64,000 nt of DNA from an uncultured Alphaproteobacteria bacterium (lineage in GTDB: Bacteria > Pseudomonadota > Alphaproteobacteria > Rs-D84): positions 31,453 to 95,452 of the forward strand of contig CAJOGC010000003.1 in the NCBI GenBank assembly GCA_905234185.1, given 5' to 3'. The notes beneath the pieces were generated by a model. It made no database searches. It was not told where the DNA came from and saw only the letters and a program-made list of their open reading frames with translations. Positions 8,995 to 17,851 of the stretch are shown piece after piece. Each line of letters begins with the position of its first letter. Positions within the stretch are counted from its first letter, which is position 1. A program made the translations under genes and the position numbers.

Positions 8995-9058
8995 ATATTT
9001 TGTTTCTTGATTTTATGTGTCCAATGTTCTAACATCCCTGGGATTAAAAAGGATTTTA

Positions 9059-10141
9059 ATGATAACGCTGTTTTTATTCGCATGTGTATGGATTTGCACC
9101 GCCAAGGGAATGATTAAAACATCCGCGATTTTAACATACCTGTTCTTTTTGTTCCTTGTTTTGACGGCGATTTTCCACATAGATTCCGTATATCTGTTGC
9201 CGATTACGGTTATTTACGCCGGTTTTGCCGTTGTCGCCGCAATGCGTCCGTGGACCAGTGTCGACCGGACCAAGGCCCGTTCCATGAAACGCCGTTGGTG
9301 GAAACATCCGCGTGAGTTATTCGGTTATCACATTATGAATATAATTCTGTTCCCTGTGCCATTGCCTGTATTATCGTGGATTGGGGGGGTGACACTGGAA
9401 ACTTTTGGCCCATTGATAAAAAAGCGCCAAAAAATTATGCAGACCAACCTGGAAAGAATTATCCCAGAATGCGCCAACCGTGACTTTATGCGTCGCGTAT
9501 GGAACAACTGGGGCCGTTCCTTTGTCGAAGGATTGAAATTCCGCGCATATCGCCACAACATAGAAAAATATGTGACATTTCGTAATCACGCTATGTTGTT
9601 CCAGAACCCACAATTTTTATTGGCTATGCCACATTACGGATATATGGGTATAATGGCACTGGCCTTTGTGAACAGTGGTTTAATAATCGCCGTCACCTAT
9701 CGCAGCCCCAGCAACCCACTGACCGACGATATATTACTGCAAAATTACGGCCATGGCTTTGTCCGCGAAGCGCACTTTATACCGATTGGAAATGCAATTC
9801 CAATGGTCCGTGCTTTACGCGATGGCGAGATATTAAATATTAACTCTGATCAACGCGTTCACGGCGCGCCATACATTGACTTTATGGGTGTACCGGCAAA
9901 AACGGCAACTGGATTGGCGCAATTAGCACGAAAGTTTAACCTGCCCGTATTAATCGCTCATGTTGAACGCACAACCGGCGCAAAACACGAAATTGTATTT
10001 GACGAAATTATTCACATGCCGCATACTGGCGACAATGATGCGGACGACATTGCCGGCATGGAACTAGCAAACCAAGCGATGGAACGCGTCATTCGTAAAA
10101 AGCCGGATGAATACCTGTGGATGCATAATCGTTGGGCATAA
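9059..10141 (+). CDS. lipid A biosynthesis acyltransferase (LpxL/HtrB family) with a multi-TM N-terminal extension
   Basis: The C-terminal 270 aa is LpxL-like (PHYGYMG..., DQRVHGAPYIDFMGVPAKTATGLAQLARKF, DEYLWMHNRW). ATG 9059 is preceded by AAGGA. The track's GTG 9017 is an alternative start. Confidence 0.8.
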   Translation: MITLFLFACVWICTAKGMIKTSAILTYLFFLFLVLTAIFHIDSVYLLPITVIYAGFAVVAAMRPWTSVDRTKARSMKRRWWKHPRELFGYHIMNIILFPVPLPVLSWIGGVTLETFGPLIKKRQKIMQTNLERIIPECANRDFMRRVWNNWGRSFVEGLKFRAYRHNIEKYVTFRNHAMLFQNPQFLLAMPHYGYMGIMALAFVNSGLIIAVTYRSPSNPLTDDILLQNYGHGFVREAHFIPIGNAIPMVRALRDGEILNINSDQRVHGAPYIDFMGVPAKTATGLAQLARKFNLPVLIAHVERTTGAKHEIVFDEIIHMPHTGDNDADDIAGMELANQAMERVIRKKPDEYLWMHNRWA

Positions 10142-10151
10142 GAGAGAAAAA

Positions 10152-11963
10152 ATGGCAAAACTAAGCAAAAAAATAAAAAAACTGTTTACTAATGATAAAT
10201 CGGATGCCGATGCAAGCCGTGTAAAGTGGTCCCTGTATTGGCGCGTGTGGCGCGAAATCGGTATTCCGCAATTGAAATGGTTAATTGCGGGCGTTATTGC
10301 AACAATTCTTGCCGCCGGGGCCGAAGCATATACGATCACACTGGTCCAACAAGTGGTGGACAAGGCTTTTATCGAAAAATCAATGGTCGCGATTTATTTC
10401 TTGGCCGTCCAAATAATAATCGCATATGGGGTAAAAGGTGTTTTCACATATGCCAAAGAATTAATCATGTCCAAGGGGGGGCTTATCGCATACGCGCGCC
10501 TGGAAAAGCGTATTTATAATCATATGATTCATATGAATCTGTCGCGTTTCTATGGCGATGGCATTGGTAAAAATCTGAACTATTTTTCGGTCCAGGCCAG
10601 CGCGGTATTATCACTTGTCACAACTGCAATTGTGCAATTTATACAAAATATCGCTACACTGGTCATGACATTGGCATTAATGATTTATTATGCTCCGCAA
10701 ATGTGCGTTGTATTGTTATTCTTGGTTCCGGCGTTATTGATTCCTATGGTGCTGATTATGCGTCGTAAACGCAAACTGTCGCGTCAATCGTTCAAAATTG
10801 CCAACGATGTGTCCCAATGTTTGACCCAGACTCTGCGTGGCATCAAAACGATTCAGTCTTTTGCGTCCGAAGATCGCGAAATGAAGAACTTTACAAATGT
10901 CTTGGAACGTTCTAATACAAACGCATATAAAAATACCCAGGCCGGTGCTCTGCGTTCACCGTTGATGGAGTTCATGATTTCCATTGGTTTATGTATCGCA
11001 ATGATTATGGGGGGACACTTTATTACCAGTGGCGCAATTACAACCGGTGATTTCACGGCATTCTTGTTGGCACTGACCGCGGCGTACAAACCTGCGAAAC
11101 GCATTACTGGAACCGGCGAATCAATGCAACATGGTATTTTAGCAGCCGAAGTTTTATTCGAATTTCTGGACAGCAAACCCGACATCGCCGATTCTAAAAA
11201 TGCCAAAGTACTGACCGCTAAAAATCTGTCGGTTGGTTTTGACCATGTATCGTTTGAATACAATCCCGAAGAACCGGTATTACGCGACATCAATTTCCAT
11301 GTGCCGGCGGGAACGGTGTGCGCTTTTGTCGGCGAATCGGGTGGCGGGAAAACGACTATGTTCAACCTGATGATGCGGTTTTACGAACCACAATCGGGCA
11401 AGATTACGATTAACCGCACCGACATCAAAAATTACACATTAAAATCTTTGCGCGAAAACATATCAGAAGTATCCCAAGATGTGTTCTTGTTCAATGACAC
11501 AATAGAGGCCAATATTAAATACGGTCGTCCCGATGCAACACACGAAGAAGTGGTTGCCGCCGCACGTGCCGCAAACGCACACGACTTTATTATGGAATTT
11601 CCCGAAAAATATAATTCTTCGGTCGGCGAAGGTGGCGGCTTGTTGTCCGGCGGGCAAAAACAACGCATTGCCATCGCACGCGCAATATTGAAAGACGCCC
11701 CTATTCTGTTGCTGGACGAGGCCACATCTGCCCTGGATACGCAAAGCGAAAAATTAATTCAATCGGCCTTGGTTGATTTAATGCGCGGGCGGACAACATT
11801 TGTCATTGCCCACCGCCTATCCACAATTTTGGATGCAGATATGATTTGTGTTGTCAAAGATGGCCAGATAATAGAACAAGGAACAGATGCCGAACTTTGT
11901 GCATTGGGCGGCGAATATAAACACCTGCGCGATATTCAATTCAGACAAAAGGCCAAGAAATAA
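10152..11963 (+). CDS. msbA: lipid A export ABC transporter (fused permease/ATPase), MsbA-like
   Basis: Six-TM N-terminal half. Walker A GESGGGKTT, signature LSGGQKQRIAIARA, Walker B ILLLDEATSALD. Start at ATG 10152 (MAKLSKK). Confidence 0.9.
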   Translation: MAKLSKKIKKLFTNDKSDADASRVKWSLYWRVWREIGIPQLKWLIAGVIATILAAGAEAYTITLVQQVVDKAFIEKSMVAIYFLAVQIIIAYGVKGVFTYAKELIMSKGGLIAYARLEKRIYNHMIHMNLSRFYGDGIGKNLNYFSVQASAVLSLVTTAIVQFIQNIATLVMTLALMIYYAPQMCVVLLFLVPALLIPMVLIMRRKRKLSRQSFKIANDVSQCLTQTLRGIKTIQSFASEDREMKNFTNVLERSNTNAYKNTQAGALRSPLMEFMISIGLCIAMIMGGHFITSGAITTGDFTAFLLALTAAYKPAKRITGTGESMQHGILAAEVLFEFLDSKPDIADSKNAKVLTAKNLSVGFDHVSFEYNPEEPVLRDINFHVPAGTVCAFVGESGGGKTTMFNLMMRFYEPQSGKITINRTDIKNYTLKSLRENISEVSQDVFLFNDTIEANIKYGRPDATHEEVVAAARAANAHDFIMEFPEKYNSSVGEGGGLLSGGQKQRIAIARAILKDAPILLLDEATSALDTQSEKLIQSALVDLMRGRTTFVIAHRLSTILDADMICVVKDGQIIEQGTDAELCALGGEYKHLRDIQFRQKAKK

Positions 11964-12394
11964 TGACACCGCAAGACATAGTAAAGATATTTACAACCAC
12001 GTTTCGTGACGTCGCTGGTCCACGAAAGACATTATCACCATATACAACCATAGAAGAAATTGGATTAGATTCGCTGGACGCCGTCGATTTAATAGCGTCA
12101 TTCGAAAAGAAACTGAAAATGTCATTACGCAATGCCGCGGAACAAATCGGACCGGGTTCAACACTGTACCGTGTTTTCAGGGTGCTGATTGATACGCTTG
12201 TTGCTGAAAAAAAGATTACATCATACGATGCAAATACCGCGTTGCAGCAATATATGAACAATAATTCAATCTCGATACCGGGATATCCAACGAAACAGAT
12301 GGTATCTATTCCGGAATCTTTGCTTAACGAATGTATTCATGCGCTTGCTAGTAATAAACCATTAATATCAAAATTGAAGCGGTATCAAAAATAA
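11963..12394 (+). CDS. atypical acyl carrier protein-like protein 1 (143 aa, ~70-aa C-terminal extension)
   Basis: Its ATG overlaps the msbA stop (TAATG). Phosphopantetheine-site motif EEIGLDSLDAVDLIASFEKK. The tail ends KLKRYQK. Confidence 0.7.
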   Translation: MTPQDIVKIFTTTFRDVAGPRKTLSPYTTIEEIGLDSLDAVDLIASFEKKLKMSLRNAAEQIGPGSTLYRVFRVLIDTLVAEKKITSYDANTALQQYMNNNSISIPGYPTKQMVSIPESLLNECIHALASNKPLISKLKRYQK

Positions 12395-12408
12395 AAAGGA
12401 AATATAAA

Positions 12409-12876
12409 ATGGCAGAACCAAAATCAACAATAACCCCATCTCAGGTCGCGACAGTATTTGAAAGCGTTTTCGTTGACAAAATGTGTGTAGAGCCATCTAA
12501 AATAGGTCTGGACAAAAATACTTATACCGAAGTTGGCATGGATTCACTGGATACATTAGAAGTCGTCATGGAATTAGAACGAAAATTTAGGGTAAAAATT
12601 TCTGACAAACAGGCTTCTTTATTGTACAGAACATCACTTTATAACTTTCTTAATGTATTTGTAAAAGTATTGGTTGAATACAATTATCTGACCAACCCGG
12701 ACGCGTCGATTGTTATGACGCAATATGCAAAATTATTGCGCCCAAAAGCAGACAAAATTGTAAACGACCCACAAAACCCAGCAATGACGGCACCAAAATC
12801 ATTATTGGATGAATATCAAAAATCACTTAAACACACCCAAGAATTAGAAAAACAGATTAAACAATATCAAAAGTAA
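12409..12876 (+). CDS. atypical acyl carrier protein-like protein 2 (155 aa)
   Basis: TEVGMDSLDTLEVVMELERKF. It is a paralog of the upstream gene throughout (SLYNFLNVFVKVLVE vs TLYRVFRVLIDTLVA; PKSLLDEY vs PESLLNEC; KQIKQYQK vs KLKRYQK). Confidence 0.7.
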   Translation: MAEPKSTITPSQVATVFESVFVDKMCVEPSKIGLDKNTYTEVGMDSLDTLEVVMELERKFRVKISDKQASLLYRTSLYNFLNVFVKVLVEYNYLTNPDASIVMTQYAKLLRPKADKIVNDPQNPAMTAPKSLLDEYQKSLKHTQELEKQIKQYQK

Positions 12877-12902
12877 AAACGGGGCTTTTGCCCCGTTTTT
12901 AT
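12875..12902. terminator. bidirectional intrinsic terminator
   Basis: aaaaacggggc-tttt-gccccgttttt, overlapping both stop codons. Confidence 0.7.
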
Positions 12903-14956
12903 TTCACCGTCAATTCCTTGCCGTGGGTGTCAACAACAACTGTTCCACCGTCCGTCACCGCCCCCGATAAAATCATATCCGCAACTTTATCTTCGATTGC
13001 CGACATAATAAGCCGTTTCAACGGACGCGCCCCGAACACAGAATCATATCCATTGTCCGCCAGCCATTTAATCGCTTTGTCGGTAATATCTAATGTGATA
13101 CGCCGTTCGGCAAGTCGCTTTTCCAAATTACGTAATTGGATTTTAACAATGTCCGCCATCACATCACGCCCCAGCGCATTAAAGAACACAATTTCATCAA
13201 CACGATTTATGAACTCTGGGCGGAAATGTTTTCGCACTGCATCCATGTCCGGCAAATTGCTGGTCATAATAATGATTGTGTTTGTAAAGTTCACAACATG
13301 CCCCTGGCCATCGGTGAGTCTGCCATCGTCCAGTATTTGCAAGAACACATTGAACACATCAGGGTGTGCCTTTTCGATTTCATCGAACAGCAACACCTGG
13401 TACGGACGACGACGCACGCTTTCGGTCAAAACGCCACCGGCATCATAACCAACATATCCCGGGGGCGCACCGATTAAACGCGCAACCGAATGGGGTTCCA
13501 TAAATTCACTCATATCGATTCGCGTCATCGCAGTATCGTCGTTGAACAGATATTCCGCCAACGCTTTGGCAACCTCGGTCTTGCCCACACCGGTCGGTCC
13601 CAGGAACATAAACGAACCCATCGGCCGATGCGGATCCGACAGTCCCGCGCGTGACCGACGAATCGCACGTGCGACAATCGACAACGCGGCATCTTGACCC
13701 ACAACGCGCTTGCGTAATTCGTCTTCGATATTCAACAGTTTCGATTGCTCTTCCATTGTCAACCGTTCCGCCGGGACACCGGTCCATTTACTGACCACCG
13801 CCGCGATATGTTCGGGCAGAACGGTCTTGTACTCCTTGGATTCGGCGTTCATTTTTTTAATCTTTTCTTCCAGTTCTGGAATCTTGCCATATTGCAACGC
13901 AGATGCCTTTTCATAGTCACCGGCACGCATTGCGGACGCAACTTCGGCCTTTGCCCCATCCAGCGCCGCCATTGCATCGGACAGAGCATGCATTTTTTCC
14001 TGTTCGGCTTTCCATTCGGCGGTCATTTTTTCCGATTCGCTTGACACTTCGGCAATTTGTTTTTCCAGCGCGATCAAACGTTTCTTGGAATCTTCGTCTT
14101 TTTCTTTCTTTAATGCTTGCTGTTCAATTTTCATCTGCATCAAACGATGATCAATTTCGTCCAATGCATCTGGCTTTGACGAAACCTCGATACGCACACG
14201 CGCCGCCGCTTCATCAATCAAATCGATTGCTTTATCGGGCAAGAATCGGTCGGTAATATACCGATCGGACAATTTTACCGCCGAAACCAGCGCACTATCG
14301 GAAATACGCACGCCGTGATGGCCTTCATATTTTTCCTTTAACCCACGCAAAATTGAAATCGTGTCGTCTACGGTCGGTTCCTCGATATAAACCGGTTGAA
14401 AACGACGCGCCAACGCCGGGTCTTTTTCGATGTACTGACGATATTCGTCCAGTGTCGTTGCCCCCAAACAGTGCAATTCGCCACGCGCCAACATAGGTTT
14501 CAACAGGTTGCCCGCGTCCATGGAGCCTTCACCCTTGCCTGCCCCAACCATATTGTGCAATTCGTCAATAAACAGGATGATTTCGCCATTGGCATCTTTG
14601 ACCGCCTTTAATATGGCTTTCAGGCGCCCTTCGAATTGACCACGGAACATTGCGCCCGCCATCATCGCGCCCAAATCCAATGATAACAGTTTTTTATTCA
14701 TAAGATTTTCCGGAATATCGCGTGAGATTATGCGTTCCGCCAATCCTTCGACTATCGCGGTTTTACCCACCCCCGGATTTCCAATTAAAACCGGGTTATT
14801 TTTGGTCCGACGCGACAGAACCTGAATAGTTCTGCGGATTTCTTCATCACGACCAATAACGGGATCTAATTTCCCGTCCGCCGCCAGTTTTGTAAAATCT
14901 GTCGTATATTTTTCAATCGCCTGTTGTGGCGTCTCTTGCATTTCATCAGGATTCAT
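12899..14956 (-). CDS. clpB: ClpB disaggregase lacking the N-terminal domain (685 aa)
   Basis: Two AAA+ modules ([16 protein letters not shown]) and a coiled-coil M domain. The protein begins a few residues before ...[23 protein letters not shown], which is the start of NBD1. GGAGG RBS. Confidence 0.92.
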   Translation of the reverse strand: MNPDEMQETPQQAIEKYTTDFTKLAADGKLDPVIGRDEEIRRTIQVLSRRTKNNPVLIGNPGVGKTAIVEGLAERIISRDIPENLMNKKLLSLDLGAMMAGAMFRGQFEGRLKAILKAVKDANGEIILFIDELHNMVGAGKGEGSMDAGNLLKPMLARGELHCLGATTLDEYRQYIEKDPALARRFQPVYIEEPTVDDTISILRGLKEKYEGHHGVRISDSALVSAVKLSDRYITDRFLPDKAIDLIDEAAARVRIEVSSKPDALDEIDHRLMQMKIEQQALKKEKDEDSKKRLIALEKQIAEVSSESEKMTAEWKAEQEKMHALSDAMAALDGAKAEVASAMRAGDYEKASALQYGKIPELEEKIKKMNAESKEYKTVLPEHIAAVVSKWTGVPAERLTMEEQSKLLNIEDELRKRVVGQDAALSIVARAIRRSRAGLSDPHRPMGSFMFLGPTGVGKTEVAKALAEYLFNDDTAMTRIDMSEFMEPHSVARLIGAPPGYVGYDAGGVLTESVRRRPYQVLLFDEIEKAHPDVFNVFLQILDDGRLTDGQGHVVNFTNTIIIMTSNLPDMDAVRKHFRPEFINRVDEIVFFNALGRDVMADIVKIQLRNLEKRLAERRITLDITDKAIKWLADNGYDSVFGARPLKRLIMSAIEDKVADMILSGAVTDGGTVVVDTHGKELTVK

Positions 14957-14989
14957 AATTTTGCCTCCGATACTTTTTTGTCATTTGTA

Positions 14990-15018
14990 TATATAGTTTC
15001 ACAATTCTCCGTTTCAAG
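14990..15018 (-). promoter_or_regulatory. candidate RpoH (sigma32)-type promoter of clpB
   Basis: The minus strand reads CTTGAAA-cggagaattgtgaa-ACTATATA, which fits CTTG-N17-CYTATNT apart from A in place of the first C/Y. Confidence 0.4.
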
Positions 15019-15128
15019 ATATGGGTATCTATGCCAAGCCTGTTTATGGGCAAAATAATAAAAACATTGCTTGACTTTTGGCGATTTTTGTTATAAATTG
15101 TGCGGCGCAGTTATTAAAGGATAAAGAT

Positions 15129-15500
15129 ATGCCACGTGTATGTAATGTTACTGGTAAGAAAACAATGGTTGGGATGAATGTTTCCCACTCTATGCGCCAT
15201 ACCAAGCGCACATTCTTGCCGAATTTGCAAAAATTAAAGTTTCACAGCGATATTCTTAATCGCGATTTCTCGTTGCGTTTATCAACGGCGGGTCTGCGCA
15301 CACTGACAAAACATGGCGGATTGGATGCCTATGTCATGGCGAAGCCGATTTCCCGTTTAACCCCGGAAATGGCGGCGATTAAGAAAGCGATTGCTAAAAA
15401 AACCGGCGCAGTCGAAAAGCCGGCTAAGAAACCAACGCACAAAGCAAACCGCAGCGCGCGCTTGGTAAAAAAGGTTGAATCCAAAAAGGCCGCGAACTAA
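15129..15500 (+). CDS. rpmB: 50S ribosomal protein L28 with a K/A-rich C-terminal tail
   Basis: MPRVCNVTGKKTMVGMNVSHSMRHTKRTFLPNLQ. Start is the internal ATG of track ORF 15078. TTGACT with TATAAA/TAAATT lies upstream (15071-15099). Confidence 0.9.
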   Translation: MPRVCNVTGKKTMVGMNVSHSMRHTKRTFLPNLQKLKFHSDILNRDFSLRLSTAGLRTLTKHGGLDAYVMAKPISRLTPEMAAIKKAIAKKTGAVEKPAKKPTHKANRSARLVKKVESKKAAN

Positions 15501-15523
15501 TCGCGTGCGTTTGGTTGGGTTCT

Positions 15524-15608
15524 GGCCCTGTGGCGGAATTGGTAGACGCGCTTGACTCAAAATCAAGTTCTGCAAGGAGTATCGGTTCAAGTCCGATCAG
15601 GGCCACCA
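15524..15608 (+). tRNA. tRNA-Leu (anticodon CAA)
   Basis: 85 nt with a long variable arm. Acceptor GGCCCTG/CAGGGCC, anticodon loop CTCAAAA, encoded CCA. Confidence 0.9.
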
Positions 15609-16007
15609 CGAAAAATTGTTAGCCCGCACAAAAAGTGCGGGCTTAAAATTTTTCAGTGTCTCGGCGTAGCCCATATCAAATCACCATAATTTATTCATCG
15701 ATATTAAAACACCAGCGAAAACGGACCAGTCCACAATCGGACGATTTTTACGAACGAAGTGAAGTAAAAATAAATTGCTAATGCAATTTGTTGTCATCCC
15801 GGGCGAGGCGTCAGCCGAGGGAACGGGACCGATCAGGGCCACCACGAAAAATTGTTAGCCCGCACAAAAAGTGCGGGCTTAAAATTTTTCAGTGTCTCGG
15901 CGTAGCCATTACGTTCAACGACAACATCGATATTAAAACACCAGCGAAGACGGACCAGTCCGCAATCGGACGATTTTTACGAACGAAGTGAAGTAAAAAT
16001 AAATTGC
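15593..16007 (+). repeat. tandem ~236-bp duplication that includes the 3' 16 nt of tRNA-Leu
   Basis: Copy 1 is 15593-15778 and copy 2 is 15829-16007. Both start ccgatcagggccaccacgaaaaattgttagcccgcac...ggcgtagcc. A non-homologous 25-nt or 18-nt patch follows. Then comes atcgatattaaaacaccagcgaa(a/g)acggaccagtcc(a/g)caatcggacgatttttacgaacgaagtgaagtaaaaataaattgc. Confidence 0.85.
15621..15653 (+). terminator. intrinsic terminator after tRNA-Leu
   Basis: agcccgcac-aaaaa-gtgcgggct followed by taaaattttt. It is duplicated at 15857-15889. Confidence 0.6.
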
Positions 16008-16156
16008 AAAGACAAAAGTTCTCCTCCATTGTAGGAGTCCGCGCAGCGGTAGGTGGTTAGAAGAACCGCTCTTTAATCGCAGACTATCTTATCACCCCGC
16101 CCGTTGTGCACCTCTCCACCGTATTTGCCAGAACCGACTATTTTCTTTGACAAATT

Positions 16157-16182
16157 GAAAAACCGCCCGAATGGGCGGTTTT
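16157..16182 (-). terminator. intrinsic terminator of the DsbA-like gene
   Basis: The minus strand reads aaaaccgccc-attc-gggcggttttt. Confidence 0.65.
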
Positions 16183-16185
16183 AAA

Positions 16186-16213
16186 CTAACCACTAATCAC
16201 TAACAACTAATGA
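16186..16213 (-). repeat. four phased heptads CTAACCA CTAATCA CTAACAA CTAATGA, between stop codon and terminator
   Basis: Exact 7-nt periodicity. On the mRNA the array reads UCAUUAG UUGUUAG UGAUUAG UGGUUAG. It abuts the stop codon at 16214-16216 and lies a few nt from the terminator hairpin. Confidence 0.7.
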
Positions 16214-17035
16214 TTATTTACCCAATGCATTCATGATTTGATCATACGGAATCGCGCCTGGGAACGCTTTTTCACCAATAACCAAGAACGGTGTTCCATT
16301 TATTTCGAAACGTTGTGCCAATTCACGAACATTCGCCATTTCGCGTGAAACGACTTCGTTTTTCATATCGGTTTTCAACTTTTCTGTATCCAAACCCGCT
16401 TCTTTTGCGAACTTCATGATGTTGCCTTCGACAATATCCGCGATTTTTTCGCTGTTTCTGTCTTCTGGTTTGTAATATTCACGGGTCATCATCATGTCAA
16501 CAAATGCCGCTGCTTTGTCTGCATCTTGCATTTTTGCTGCAATTGCTGCACGTGCCGGGCCATCGGACAACGGTCCATGGATAGAGAAGTTCTTAATAAC
16601 CACGCGAACATCGTCACGTTCTTTCAATACACGGTCCAGTTCGCCATGCACACGACGGCAGTACGGGCAGCTGAAATCTGTCCAGACAAAGATTGTCTTT
16701 GTCGCATCGCGATTACCCAACACTGGGGCGTCCGCTATCATTTTTGCCGCATTGCTACGAACATATGCACGAACTGCTTTGTTCTTTTCAGCCTGTTGCT
16801 GTTCCTGCATGTTTGTGGCCATTTCCTGCAAGATGCCCGGATTAACAGACGTCAGATAATACGGAACATACAGACGCGTCACACATGCCGCGATTATGAT
16901 AATCGACAACAGTTTGATTGATTTTTTGCAGATGAAAAATCCCATTGTTTGTTTCTTTGGGTCACCCTTGACCAGCATACCGCCGAACAAGAACAACGCA
17001 ATAGCCAACAACAGAATCAAGATTGTCCAAGTCAT
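16214..17035 (-). CDS. membrane-anchored DsbA-family thiol:disulfide oxidoreductase
   Basis: AAGGAG RBS before ATG 17033-17035. TM anchor MTWTILILLLAIALFLFGG. Thioredoxin-fold active site FSCPYCRR. Confidence 0.8.
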   Translation of the reverse strand: MTWTILILLLAIALFLFGGMLVKGDPKKQTMGFFICKKSIKLLSIIIIAACVTRLYVPYYLTSVNPGILQEMATNMQEQQQAEKNKAVRAYVRSNAAKMIADAPVLGNRDATKTIFVWTDFSCPYCRRVHGELDRVLKERDDVRVVIKNFSIHGPLSDGPARAAIAAKMQDADKAAAFVDMMMTREYYKPEDRNSEKIADIVEGNIMKFAKEAGLDTEKLKTDMKNEVVSREMANVRELAQRFEINGTPFLVIGEKAFPGAIPYDQIMNALGK

Positions 17036-17118
17036 ATTTTTCTCCTTTTGTTGAACGACGATACCATAGCAAAACAAAAAAAAATCGCAAGGAATAAATG
17101 TTGGGATTTTCAATTTTT

Positions 17119-17766
17119 TTACATGCGCCCTAAAAGCATACGCGCGCCCGGAACACTAACACCCATTTGGGCACAAACACCCGCTATAAAACCCAATGTG
17201 ATATCCAGATTTACGGGCAATTTGTAAACTTTATCCATGTATGGCGTGGCACAATCATCGCATACCGCCCGTCCCGTCCGTGGCGACAAATAGTGCAAAT
17301 TATCAGTTCGCCCACACCCGGAACAATGCGATAAATCCAACGCGAACCCTAAATCGTGCAATAAACTAACCTCCCAATCCAGATATCCCGAATCGCTTTG
17401 CGACAAATTGCGCAACATATCTATTGTTGAATCATATAAACTGACATTGGGTTCACGTTCCGGCAACAGTGTGACAATCAATGCAAATGCCGAATTCATA
17501 AACGAAAGTTTTTTTGCATTCATCATTAACGGCACGGCGACATTTTCCGCTGGTTCCCAGTGAAACGCCCCCAGTTGTATGTCAAGACGCGCATTCCACG
17601 CGGCAAATCCAATTTGCCCCACCAGCGCACGATTCTTTTTCGCGACAACCGCACCACGCAAAACACCGCTTAACATGCCATGTTCACGTGTAAAAATATG
17701 CGCCAAAGAGTCACGCTCGTTCAGCGGTCGTAAACCGATTAAAATGCCGTCACTTTCCAGTTTCAT
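17119..17766 (-). CDS. recO: DNA repair protein RecO
   Basis: MKLESDGILIGLRPLNERDSLAHIFTREHG... with C-terminal CSGCG...CDDC. The K-rich N-terminal extension in the track is antisense to the rplI tail. Confidence 0.85.
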   Translation of the reverse strand: MKLESDGILIGLRPLNERDSLAHIFTREHGMLSGVLRGAVVAKKNRALVGQIGFAAWNARLDIQLGAFHWEPAENVAVPLMMNAKKLSFMNSAFALIVTLLPEREPNVSLYDSTIDMLRNLSQSDSGYLDWEVSLLHDLGFALDLSHCSGCGRTDNLHYLSPRTGRAVCDDCATPYMDKVYKLPVNLDITLGFIAGVCAQMGVSVPGARMLLGRM

Positions 17767-17802
17767 TACGATTGATATTATACTTAATTTGCAATTTGCA
17801 CG

Positions 17803-17836
17803 CGACAAAAAAATCCCGCGATGAACGCGGGATTTA
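17803..17836 (-). terminator. intrinsic terminator after rplI
   Basis: The minus strand reads atcccgcg-ttcat-cgcgggat followed by TTTTTT. Confidence 0.6.
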
Positions 17837-17851
17837 ACAACCAAACAATTA

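Noticed and set aside
12888-13448. 186-aa plus-strand ORF
   Set aside because: It is antisense to clpB, which has unambiguous AAA+ motifs.
15788-15991. 67-aa ORF inside the tRNA-Leu repeat
   Set aside because: It starts at TTG, spans the copied tRNA 3' end and terminator hairpin, and is Arg/Pro-rich from GC-rich repeat DNA.
15609-16213. Possible two-piece tmRNA or another tRNA-like ncRNA, suggested by the copied tRNA 3' ends
   Set aside because: There is no complementary 5' acceptor strand (ggccctg) near the second copy. No tag-like reading frame ends in AA-stop. The AACGACAAC word is in only one copy.
15593-16213. Integrated genomic island or prophage at tRNA-Leu
   Set aside because: There is an att-like duplication, but no integrase, cargo genes or compositional block. 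At most it is a scar.
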